NCBI RefSeq assembly: GCF_006345805.1
Contig: NW_021836234.1
Span: 1-24,718, forward strand
Reading direction: 5' to 3'
DNA length: 24,718 nt
DNA from: Octopus sinensis
Taxonomy: Eukaryota
This document shows, piece by piece, positions 1 through 9,760 of this stretch. Under the pieces are notes generated by a model. The model was given only the letters and a program-made list of their open reading frames with translations. It was not told where the DNA came from and ran no database searches. A program made the position numbers and the translations under genes. Position 1 is the first letter of the stretch, and each line of letters starts with the position of its first letter.

Positions 1-343
1 GATAAAAACAGGGTTTTGGTTTTCGATCAAAAGGGATCGTAAAAGGAAAGAAAGAGGAAAGCAAAAAAAAAGGAGGGGATAAAAATAAAAGGGAAAAAAT
101 CGATCAATAGGGATCATTATCACAGAAATGTCAATATAAAGTGTAAAGGGGAGAACAGGTGAGGTTTACCCGTGGAAAGAAAAGCCTACGGAAAAGTCTA
201 CGGTAACCTCGGTCAATGAAGTCACATGTTTTTTTTTTACAAATAAGCAACTCTCTGTATTAATTTTTACGGTTCATAGGATCATAGTCAAGGTGGCTTC
301 GTCATTCATACGTGCCATCCTTGCTACATTACCTATCTTTTTT
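1..343 (-). mobile_element. Probable 3' end (ORF2 C-terminus plus 3' UTR) of an L1/Tx1-like LINE
   Basis: Minus strand reads ..NVARMARMNDEATLTMIL* (ending near 277), followed by a T-rich pyrimidine UTR running to the window edge. Assignment rests on recalled similarity to L1/Tx1 ORF2 C-termini; no search was run. Confidence 0.35.

Positions 344-404
<61 letters not shown>
344..404. repeat. (GATA)n microsatellite
   Basis: Direct tandem repeat of about 15 units. Confidence 0.97.
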
Positions 405-405
<1 letters not shown>

Positions 406-427
406 TGAGAGACTGAGATGCACATTC

Positions 428-462
<35 letters not shown>

Positions 463-492
463 TGTAACGCCATGTTTACGGTTATATAACAA

Positions 493-890
493 CTAGCAGT
501 ATCGCCCGGCGTTGCTCGGGTTTGTAAGGGAAATAACTATATAAGCATTTTTAGAAAGTTATAGCCAAAAAATAGCAAAAAAATGCATTAAAAATGGAAA
601 AAAAATTGATGGTAATTTTTTTTTAAATCGTTGACTCATCGTAGACATTTTTAGAGAGTTACTTCCCTTATATAATAGCGAAAAAAATGCATTAAAATGG
701 AAAAAATTATGGTAATTTTTTTAAATTGTAGACTCATCGTAGACGCGCGCTAATACCCAGAAGTGCTCGATATGAATCGCGACAATAAGATACCCGGTTT
801 TGGTTAAACTGCACCGCAAAATGTGGGAGTAGTTAGGAATCTAAATCGTAGGGGACAGACAGCACACAACTTCACTTTTATATATAAAGA
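493..890 (-). mobile_element. Non-autonomous Helitron (398 bp)
   Basis: On the minus strand it starts TC (890-889) after A and ends CTAG (496-493) before T, i.e. an A|T target with no TSD. A GC-rich hairpin CCCG-N8-CGGG at 505-520 lies 8 nt from the CTAG end. Contains an internal ~105-bp direct duplication. Confidence 0.8.
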
Positions 891-1334
891 TGTCTATAAG
901 CGGAGGGAATGGTCTTCTCCTTTTATAGAATCTTACGATGAAGTCGTTTCCGTATGGTCGAGTCCGTGACCTTTATTAACACCCAAACCCGTGCCAAGCC
1001 CTGTCTCTGTGTCAGGCCAAAAAACAGGGCGACGCTTTCTATGAAATACCGTTGCTAGTTAAAATTTCTCGGTGGTGAAATTCTTGACCTCGTGTATTTT
1101 TAGTTATTTCCTTCTTTAAAGTTATGATGCAATGGGAAGTTGGCATGGAATGCATCCGGGAGGGCCTGGCAGTGTTTTGCCACAGACCTGCATACCGGCA
1201 GCCGATGTTACTCAGTGATAGTCATCTTCGGACACAGTGGACAGCCATATGTGCAGTCATGTCTTTTTGGGTGCGTATCTATGTGTGTGTGTGTGTGTGA
1301 ATTTGTTTGCGTTTAAATGTATATATGTAAATAT

Positions 1335-1720
1335 ATCACCTTCACTTTGATTACCTTGGCCGACCAGTCCGTCGGGTGTCCATTTGACACCGCTGGTCAC
1401 AGCACGCTGTCCACTCCTCTCTGGATCGCGCCTTTCTCATCCACGTGATCCCAATCGTCCTCCAGAAATCGTAACTCCACCGTCGTGGAGGCCTTCCGGG
1501 TGGTCGTTTCCGCTCGCGCGGGTACCACTCGACAACTGCGCGGGCCCACCGATTATCTATACTTCCTGCGTGTATATTCTACGATGACATCTCTCACGCC
1601 GGACTTCTTTCTGATGATCTCGCTACTGATGTGCTCTCTCAACGAGATTCCAAGCATTGACCTTTCCATGGCTCTTTCAGTCGTTACCAGTCTCTGCTCT
1701 TCTCTCTTTGCGGTAGCCCA
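1335..1720 (-). mobile_element. 5'-truncated RTE-clade LINE 3' end (RT C-terminal region, decayed)
   Basis: Minus translation WATAKREEQRLVTTERAMERSMLGISLREHISSEIIRKKSGVRDVIVEYTRRKYR, then after a deletion/frameshift DNRWARAVVEWYPRERKRPPGRPPRRW..DQRCQMDTRRTGRPR*. This matches the RTE motif RAMERxMLGIS...WxPRxxKRxxGRPxxRW. Confidence 0.88.
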
Positions 1721-1835
1721 TAAATAAATACATATACATATGTAAATATATTCGGTTGAAACAAATTATTGGCTTTTTGGGGTTTTTTCTAATAATTGTT
1801 TTTTATATTAAATTATATTTTCAGTATATTATGTT

Positions 1836-2126
1836 ATCACGTGATCGACCAGTCCATCAGATGTAGTTACACATCGCTGGTCACAATGCGTTCTCATTGT
1901 TTTAGCGATCGAATGACGCCACCCCGCTGGCTAAACGAGCAGGCCAACAGAAGAAAGAGTGGGAGAAAGAGTACAGCAGGGATCACCACCATCCCCTGCC
2001 GGAGCCTCGAGGAGCTTTTAGGTGTTTTCGCTCAATAAACACTCACAACGCCCGGTCTGGGAATCGAAACCGCGATCCTACGACCGCGAGTCCGCTGCCC
2101 TAACCACTGGGCCATTGCGCTTCCAC
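1836..2126 (-). mobile_element. Full-length tRNA-headed SINE (family B) with RTE-type tail
   Basis: A-box TGGCCCAGTGG and B-box GGTTTCGATTCCC on the minus strand; CORE-like segment GCGTTGTGAGTGTTTATTGAGCGAAAACAC; 9-bp TSD ATATTATGT at 1826-1834 and 2127-2135. A second copy lies at 23922-24210. Confidence 0.88.
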
Positions 2127-2280
2127 ATATTATGTCATAAATAAATTATTGGATTGTCAATTTAGTTTATTGTTTGTAATTTGAATTAAACCCCTATTTA
2201 TGTGGATCAGATGCTTTACACACATCTTTAAGGAACTTTTTCCTTAGTTACTTTATACACACACACACACACACACACAC

Positions 2281-2321
<41 letters not shown>

Positions 2322-2323
<2 letters not shown>

Positions 2324-2551
2324 TCTTTACTCTTTACTCTTTTACTTGTTTCAGTCATTTGACTGCGGCCATGCTGGAGCACCGCCTTTAGTCGAGCAAA
2401 TCGACCCCGGGACTTATTCTTTGTAAGCCCAGTACTTATTCTATCGGTCTCTTTTGCCGAACTACTAAGTGACGGGGGACGTAAACACACCAGCATCGGT
2501 TGTCAAGCAATGCTAGGGAGACAAACACAGACACAAACACACACACACACA

Positions 2552-2597
<46 letters not shown>

Positions 2598-2760
2598 ACA
2601 CGCTTCTTTCAGTTTCCGTCTACCAAATCCACTCACAAGGCATTGGTCGGCCCGGGGCTATAGCAGAAGACACTTGCCCAAGACGCCACGCAGTGGGACT
2701 GAACTCGGAACTGTGTGGTTGGTTAGCAAGTTACTTACCACACGACCACTCCTGCGCCTA
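2322..2760 (-). mobile_element. tRNA-headed SINE (family A) with internal (TA)/(TG) microsatellite
   Basis: Head TAGGCGCAGGAGTGG..GAGTTCAGTCCC, CORE-like CTTGGGCAAGTGTCTT and tail GACTGAAACAA(GTAAAAGA)n. Multiple copies in the window. Confidence 0.88.
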
Positions 2761-2802
<42 letters not shown>

Positions 2803-2867
2803 CTTTACAGAAATATAGAGCCTGTTCTATACATATATATGAGCCGGGGGTTGTCTGGTTTATCCCT

Positions 2868-3063
2868 CATCAACACTGCTTGACAACCGTCGTCGCTGTG
2901 TTTACGTCGCCGTAACTTAGCGGTTCGGCAGAAGAGACCGATAGAGTACCAAGCTTTAAAAGAAATAAGTCCTCGTGTCGATTAGTGCGACGGAAAAAAT
3001 TTCCAAGACAAGTGCCCCAGCATGGCCACAGCCTAAAGACTGAAACATGTAAAAGATAAAAGA
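2868..3063 (+). mobile_element. 3' half of a diverged family A SINE
   Basis: TGCTTGACAACC..AGAGACCGATAGA..CCCAGCATGGCC..GACTGAAACATGTAAAAGATAAAAG matches the family A 3' half. Confidence 0.8.
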
Positions 3064-3208
3064 CACATACAAAGATACATACGCATGCTGCCACATACAC
3101 ACACATATATATATATATACACACACATATCTTCGTATACATATATACACACACATACATGTATCCAGGCACACACATGTTTATATATACTCTCTCTCTT
3201 TTTTTTTT

Positions 3209-3427
3209 TACTCTTTTACTTGTTTCAGTCATTTGACTGCGGCCATGCTGGAGCACCGCCTTTAGTCGAGCAACTCGACCCCGGGACTTATTCTTTTTTT
3301 TTTTTTTTGTAAGCCCAGTACTTATTCTATCGGTCTCTTTTTGCCGAACCGCTAAGTAACGGGGACGTAAACACACCAGCATCGGTTGTCAAGCAATGCT
3401 AGGGGGACAAACAAACCAGACACACAA

Positions 3428-3483
<56 letters not shown>

Positions 3484-3636
3484 GACAGGCTTCTTTCAGT
3501 TTCCGTCTACCAAATCCACTCACAAGGCATTGGTCGGCCCGGGGCTATAGCAGAAGACACTTGCCCAAGATGCCACGCAGTGGGACTGAACCGGAACCAT
3601 GTGGTTGGTTAGCAAGCTACTTACCACACAGCCACT
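3209..3636 (-). mobile_element. Family A SINE, near full length
   Basis: High identity to 2322-2760, including the shared variants GCATTGGTCGGCCCGGGGCTATAGCAG. Confidence 0.88.
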
Positions 3637-3647
3637 ATATATATATA

Positions 3648-3685
<38 letters not shown>

Positions 3686-3690
<5 letters not shown>

Positions 3691-3941
3691 GTTACATTAC
3701 TCGATAGTCAAGATAAAACTCTGAGTTTCGGATGCCGAAGTGGAAATCCACAACACCATCTCTTTGGTTATCTGACCATCTCTAACCGAAGAGATGGTGT
3801 TTGTGGATTTCCACTTCGGCATCTGAAACTCAGAGTTTTATCTTGACTATCGAGTAATGTAACATATTATTGTATAGATAAATTTCCTCTATTTACATAA
3901 TATTGAGGTCTCTTTCTTTCCTTTGTTATCTTACCGTTTTA

Positions 3942-3944
<3 letters not shown>
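3686..3944. mobile_element. Head-to-head inverted Penelope-like terminal-repeat relic with hammerhead-like fold
   Basis: Arms at ~3686-3769 and ~3783-3868 are near-perfect reverse complements; both outer ends abut (TA)n. The same family occurs at 18082-18351. Confidence 0.65.
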
Positions 3945-3976
<32 letters not shown>

Positions 3977-4227
3977 GTGACGTATTTTTGCCATTTCAAT
4001 ATGGCTAACCCATAAGGGTGGATGCTACTGTAGTTTTTAGCCCCAGGAGGACACACTCCTCCAGCTGGCCATAGACACTTTCTGTGTCCTGTCAGTATTT
4101 GCCAAGGGGAGTCATCCTTCCCGTCTTCAACTTATGATACACAATATATATATATATATATACATACAAGAACACACAAGCACAAACACACACACACACA
4201 CATAATCACACACACCAACGGTGCTGG

Positions 4228-5158
4228 TGTACAAGATGGTGATTGGGATAACAATGATGGCTATAGTGGTGATGATGATGATGATGATGACGATGGGAAT
4301 AATGATGGTTATGAAGAAGATGATGGCGATAATGGTGATGACGATGATGATGATGATGATGACGTTTGTAATGAGGTGGAAAGGGAGTAGGAGGAAGCGG
4401 ATGATGGCGGTGATGATGATGATGTTGATGATGATGAAGGCGATGAGGATGAGGATGATGACGATAACGGCGTTGATGATGATGATGATGGTGATGGTGA
4501 TGGTGATGACGTTCGTGATGAGGTGGAAAGGGAGGAGGAAGTGGATGATGATGATGACGATGACGGCGTCGTTGATGATGATGATGGTGATGATGATGAT
4601 AACCATGATGATGATGGTGATGATGATGATAACCATGATGATGATGGTGATGATAATGATGATGATGATGATGATGACGATGGTGATGATGATGGTGATG
4701 ATGATGATGATTGTGATGATGATGATGGTGATGATGATGATGGTGATGATAATGATGATGATGATAATGATGATGATGATGGTGATGATGACGACGATGA
4801 TGATGACGATGACGGCGTCGTTGATGATGATGATGGTAGTGATGATGGCGATGGTGATGATGATGATGGTGGTGATGGTGATGATGATGATGATGGTGGT
4901 GATGGTGGTGATAATGAAGGCGATGATAATGATGATGATGGTGATGATGATGATGATGATGATGGCGATGGTGATGATGATGATGATGATGGTGGTGATG
5001 GTGGTGATGATGATGATGATGATGATGATAATGATGATGAAGCAAAGGAGGAAGGGAGTAGAAAGAGAAAGCGGATGACGGTGGTAATGTTGATGAAGAT
5101 GATGATGAAGGCGACGATGAAGATGATGGTGGTGGCGGTGGTGATAATTTGTCGGTGA
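4228..5158. repeat. Degenerate (GAT/GGT/GAC)n trinucleotide tract
   Basis: Direct reading. It accounts for the poly-M/D/H/I/S ORFs in the track. Confidence 0.95.
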
Positions 5159-5430
5159 CAATGATTGCGATAACACCAAATTGGGGCCAATGCTCAAAGC
5201 CGACAAACGGGGATAGTTTAATCAATACAGACGCTCAGAAATAAGGGTGGAGTGTGACGAAGTGATAATACGCAAGAGAAAATAATAATAAAAACAATAA
5301 TGAATTCGGGGTGGGTCACGTTTGACATCAGCTGCAACGTCATCGGTGACGTCACCACTGTCCCTGCAAACAGCCTCGAAACAGGGAAGGATGGGTGGAT
5401 GTTCTGTTAAACCGTGAATTATATTGATAC

Positions 5431-5509
5431 GTGTGTGGATGGGTGGATGGATGGATGGATGGATGGATGGATGGATAAATAGAGAGACTGATAGAGAGAC
5501 TGATAGGTG

Positions 5510-5555
<46 letters not shown>

Positions 5556-5649
5556 CAGATAGAGAGACTGATAGGTGGATAGATAGATAGATAGATAGAT
5601 ATAGATAGATAGATATAAATAGAGAGACTGATAGAGAGACTGATAGGTG

Positions 5650-5710
<61 letters not shown>

Positions 5711-5745
5711 ATAGACAGACAGACAGACAGACAGACAGATAGATA
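5431..5745. repeat. Compound (GGAT)n/(GATA)n/(GACA)n microsatellite
   Basis: Direct reading; the motif AGAGAGACTGATAGGTGG recurs as an interruption. Confidence 0.95.
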
Positions 5746-5825
5746 ATTGATCGATAAAAGGATATAAACATTTTCCCTTTATACACACATACATACATAC
5801 TTACATACGTGTGTATGTGTGTATG

Positions 5826-5860
<35 letters not shown>

Positions 5861-6307
5861 CGTGTGTATATGCGTGTATGTGTATGTATGCGTACATATG
5901 TATGCATGTGTTACGTAATTACGTATGAACTTACGCATGCAGGTTTGTGTTTATATATGTATATATATATATATATATACATATATATATGTACGTAGAA
6001 CAGAATAACGGTTTTGTTCACTCGATCCACGAAACACGTCAGCAAATTTCACTTGATTTGACTTATTTAATCACCATCAACAGAAAACACTGTCCTCATC
6101 CTCGCCACCACCATCCGCCGACCCGTTTCCATCACCAGCAAATGGTAAATACCCGCTTGTTATTATTATCTAGCACAGCCGGGTGTGACAAGTACAGTCG
6201 TCAACAAGATGTAGGTCTTATTAAGGAATGTGAAGAAGGAGACGCGAGATGTTTTAACGGCGTGATTTAAGGTTCACCTTCACCGAGCGGCACTTTGGGC
6301 AACTATC

Positions 6308-7028
6308 GGATCTTTTCGGTTTGAACGGCAGTTTTTTCTAGCGGTGTCATATGAAATTGTCACCCATAATTATGACCCTAGTATCGATCTATTGCATTTC
6401 AATCTGTTTTAGGGTTAGGATTATTTAGGGTTAGAGGGAAGGGCATCTTTTTTTCTTCAGAAATGTAAATAAACCCAATCTGTTTCTTAAACGATGGACA
6501 TATTCATACGGCACAGAATGTTTTTTTTACCTCAATGGACGTCATTGATTGGTTGAAATTGCAGAAATTGAAGAAAAAAAACAACAAACTATAGAATTTT
6601 CTTTTCGGTTTGAACGGCAGTTTTTTGTAGCGGTGTCATATGAAATTGTCACCCATAATTATGACCCTAGTATCGATCTATTGCATTTCAATCTGTTTTA
6701 GGGTTAGGGTTAGTTAGGGTTTGGGTTAGGGGTGGGGGAAGGGTATATTTTTTTCTTCACAAATGTAAATAAACCCAATCTGTATCTTAAACGAGGGACA
6801 TATTCATACGGCACAGAATGCTTTTTAACTCAATAGACGTCAGTGATTGGTTGAAATTGCAGAAATTGAAGAAAAAAACAACAAATATCTTACAAACTAT
6901 AGAATTTTCTCAATAAAGCCAAGAGAAAAAGATGTTTTATAAACACATTCTACCAGTATACGAAGTTTAAATTTTTTTAGTTACGTGGAAATTATTTTTA
7001 AAAACTGCCGGTCAAACCAAAAAGATCC
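6308..7028. mobile_element. MITE (superfamily unassigned): left-part copy fused to a near-complete ~430-bp copy
   Basis: TIR GGATCTTTTCGGTTTGAACGGCAGTTTT at 6308 and its complement ending at 7028. The second copy begins near 6601 at a TTTTC microhomology. Internal TTAGGG-like tract. Confidence 0.8.
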
Positions 7029-7053
7029 TTACTATGTATAGTGAAATATTATT

Positions 7054-7420
7054 GATTTGAACTGTTATCCTCATTAAGAGGAAGAAATATTATAGGTTTC
7101 CCGTGTTTAGGGATAATCAATTTATTATTGTGTGAAAAATTTAATTTTAGCCGCTGTGGGCTTTATTGTGGCACCCCGATCCCCAGCGGTGGTGAGATTT
7201 GAACTGTTGTCCTCGTTGTGAGGAAAAGAAAAAAAAACATATTATAGATTTCCCGTTTTTTGGGATACCGTATTTTTATTGTGTGAAAAATTTAATTTCG
7301 ACCGTTGTCTCGCTCCCCAGCGACTGTGGGGTTTGAACTGCTGTCCTCGTTGAGAGGGGAAAAAAGTAAAAAAATTATAGGTTTCCCGTTTTCTGGGATT
7401 AAATTGTGTATAAATTTATT
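7054..7420. repeat. Degenerate tandem repeat, about 3 x 134-142 bp
   Basis: Units start at 7054, 7196 and 7330 with GATTTGAACTG..TCCTC..TATAGGTTTCCCGT..GGGAT..ATTGTGT. Confidence 0.75.
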
Positions 7421-7510
7421 TCGAAATAGTTTCAGAGAAAAAATTCACTGGAAGAGCTAGTTAATAATTTTCAGCAGTTACCGTGGTGGCTACTGAAACC
7501 GTCGATCTAC

Positions 7511-7566
7511 TGTTTCTTTATTAGCCACAAGGGCTCAACATAGAGGGGGACACACAAGAACAGACA
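7511..7566 (-). mobile_element. Isolated 3' tail fragment of family C SINE
   Basis: TTTCTTTATTAGCCACAAGGGCTCAACATAGAGGGGGACAC matches the tail at 9349-9410. Confidence 0.7.
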
Positions 7567-7645
7567 GGGCACCACAGAGGGGACAATATATAAAACGAAT
7601 ATGAATGAGATGATTATATAACAATGAGATTATGAATGGCTGCAT

Positions 7646-8326
7646 GGGATCTTTTCGGTTTGAACGGCAGTTTTTTCTAGCAGTGTCATATGAAATTGTC
7701 ACCCATAATTATGACCCTAGTATCGATCTATTGCATTTCAATCTGTTTTAGGGTTAGGGTTAGTTAGGGTTAGGTTTAGGGGGGGGGAAGGGTATCTTTT
7801 TTTCTTCAGAAATGTAAATAAAACCAATCTGTTTCTTAAACGAGGGACATATTCATACGGCACAGATTGTTTTCACCTCAATAGACGTCATTGATTGGTT
7901 GAAATTGCTGAAATTGAAGAAAAAAACCCAACAAATATTTTACAAACCATAGAATTTTCTCAATAAAGCCAAGAGAAAAAGATGTTTTATAAACACATTC
8001 TACCAGTATACGAAGTTTAAAAGTGTTTAGTTACATGGAAATTATTTTAAAAAACTGCCGTTCAAACCGAAAAGATCCCTGTTTCTTAAACGAGGGACAT
8101 ATTCATACGGCACAGAATGTTTTCACCTCAATAGTCGGTCATTGATTGATTGAAATTGCAGAAATTGAAGAAAAATAACAACAAATATCTTACAAACTAT
8201 AGAATTTTCTCAATAACGCCAAGAGAAAAAGATGTTTTATAAACACATTCTACCAGTATACGAAGTTTAAAATTTTTTAGTTACCTAGAAATTATGTTAA
8301 AAAACTGCCGTTCAAACCGAAAAGAT
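7646..8326. mobile_element. Same MITE family: complete copy (7646-8079) plus tandem duplicate of its right half (8080-8326)
   Basis: Perfect ~29-bp TIRs GGGATCTTTTCGGTTTGAACGGCAGTTTT / AAAACTGCCGTTCAAACCGAAAAGATCCC, followed by a repeat from TGTTTCTTAAACGAGGG to a second right TIR. Confidence 0.82.
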
Positions 8327-8512
8327 GCGTCCATTATTAAAGGGTATTTACTTAATAATTAATTAACATGTAACCTACCATTGCAACTCGCCAATCTGTA
8401 TATTCTTCAACGGTCCACATCGGATTCCTGACGCATTGTCTTTCCAATAAAAAGTCTTATTACTCGCTGTCCATTGGTTCAGAGCTATCTAAAAGACTGT
8501 CATCACGTCATC

Positions 8513-9114
8513 AAGGCGGCGAGCTGGCAGAAACGTTAGCACGCCGGGCGAAATGCTTAGCGGTATTTCGTCTGCGTTACGTTGTGAGTTCGAATTCCGC
8601 CGAGGTCGACTTTGCCTTTCATCCTTTCGGGGTCGATAAATCAAGTACCAGTTACGCACTGGGGTCGATGTAATCGACTTAATACCTATGTCTGTCCTTG
8701 TTTGTCCCCTCTGTGTTTGGCCCCTTGTGGGTAATAAAGAAATAGGTATTTCGTCTGCCGCTACGTTGTGAGTTCAAATTCCGCCGAGGTCGACTTTGCC
8801 TTTCATCCTTTCGGAGTCGATTAAATAAGTACCAGTTACGCACTGGGGTCGATATAATCGACTTCATCCGTTTGTCTGTCCTTGTTTGTCCTCTCTGTGT
8901 TTGGCCCCTTGTGGGTAATAAAGAAATAAGTATTTCGTTGCCGCTACGTTGTGAGTTCAAATTCCGCCGAGGTCGACTTTGCCTTTCATCCTTTCGGAGT
9001 CGATTAAATAAGTACCAGTTACGCACTGGGGTTGATATAATCGACTTCATCCGTTTGTCTGTCCTTGTTTGTCCTCTCTGTGTTTAGCTCCTTATGGGTA
9101 GTAAAGAAATAGGT
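8513..9114 (+). mobile_element. Family C SINE trimer (one full plus two 5'-truncated copies)
   Basis: Head AAGGCGGCGAGCTGGCAG, B-box GAGTTCGAATTCC and central GCCTTTCATCCTTTCGGGGTCGATAAA (Meta-domain-like, from recall). Flanked by the direct repeat ATCACGTCATC at 8502-8512 and 9115-9125. Confidence 0.88.
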
Positions 9115-9348
9115 ATCACGTCATCCCAGTCGATTACTGGTTCCAACTTTTCAAACTCAGCTTTAAAATAAAACTGTACCTTTCTCAAGTCGCACCTTTT
9201 CTTTAACTCCTCATAGCAATTCGGTTCCATTATTATCGCTTTAGTTCTTCGTTGCTGTAACCCTTAAGTAATTTTACCTGTGTTACTGGCTTCATTTTCA
9301 GGATTTCTACTTCTATATGTATACTCCTTTGGTATTCTACGTAATACC

Positions 9349-9760
9349 TATTTCTTTATTACCCAGAAGGGGCTAAACATAGAGGGGACAAACAAGGACA
9401 GACATTAAGTCGATCATATCGACCCCAGTGCGTAACTGGTACGTAATTTATCGACCCCGAAAAGATGAATGGCAAAGTCGACCTCGGCGGAATTTGAACT
9501 CACAACGTAACGGCAGCCGAAATACCTATTTCTTTATTACCCACAAGGGGCTAAACATAGAAGGGACAAACAAGGACAGACATAGGTATTAAGTCGATTA
9601 CATCGACCCCAGTGCGTAACTGGTACTTGATTTATCGACCCCGAAAGGATAAAAGGCAAAGTCGACCTCGGCGGAATTTGAACTCACAACGTAGCGGCAG
9701 CCGAAATACCGCTAAGCATTTCGCCCGACGTGCTAACGTTTCTGCCAGCTCGCCGCCTTA
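9349..9760 (-). mobile_element. Family C SINE dimer (one full plus one 5'-truncated copy)
   Basis: Reverse complement of the 8513 family. 15-bp TSD ATTCTAC(G/A)TAATACC at 9334-9348 and 9761-9775. Confidence 0.88.

Noticed and set aside
900-1270. Possible continuation of the L1/Tx1 ORF2 beyond the Helitron
   Set aside because: No frame gave a convincing RT or zinc-finger motif by manual translation.
1323-1751. ATATGTAAATATAT direct repeat as the TSD of the RTE fragment
   Set aside because: Low complexity, and the right copy is offset about 17 bp from the element end, so it is not secure.
2040-2126. tRNA-like sequences in SINE heads
   Set aside because: A and B boxes are present, but acceptor and anticodon stems do not close, and they continue into SINE bodies.
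5320-5356. Cluster of CRE/E-box-like motifs including the palindrome GGTGACGTCACC
   Set aside because: Short motifs expected by chance; no linked gene or functional evidence.
4127-5897. Long ORFs rich in His, Ile, Met, Asp or Ser (up to 359 aa)
   Set aside because: They are stop-free frames of GAT and GATA repeats, open in several frames on both strands, with no splice or domain evidence.
5947-6270. 107-aa ORF in unique-looking sequence
   Set aside because: Starts in a TA microsatellite, no recognisable domain and no convincing splice sites. A small host exon cannot be excluded without RNA-seq.
6695-6735. TTAGGG repeats as an interstitial telomere or fusion site
   Set aside because: Short, degenerate and present at the same position in each MITE copy, so part of the element.
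8513-9114. Regularly spaced repeats resembling a CRISPR array (also 13095-13434)
   Set aside because: Units repeat in full with no unique spacers, the context is eukaryotic, and there are no cas genes.
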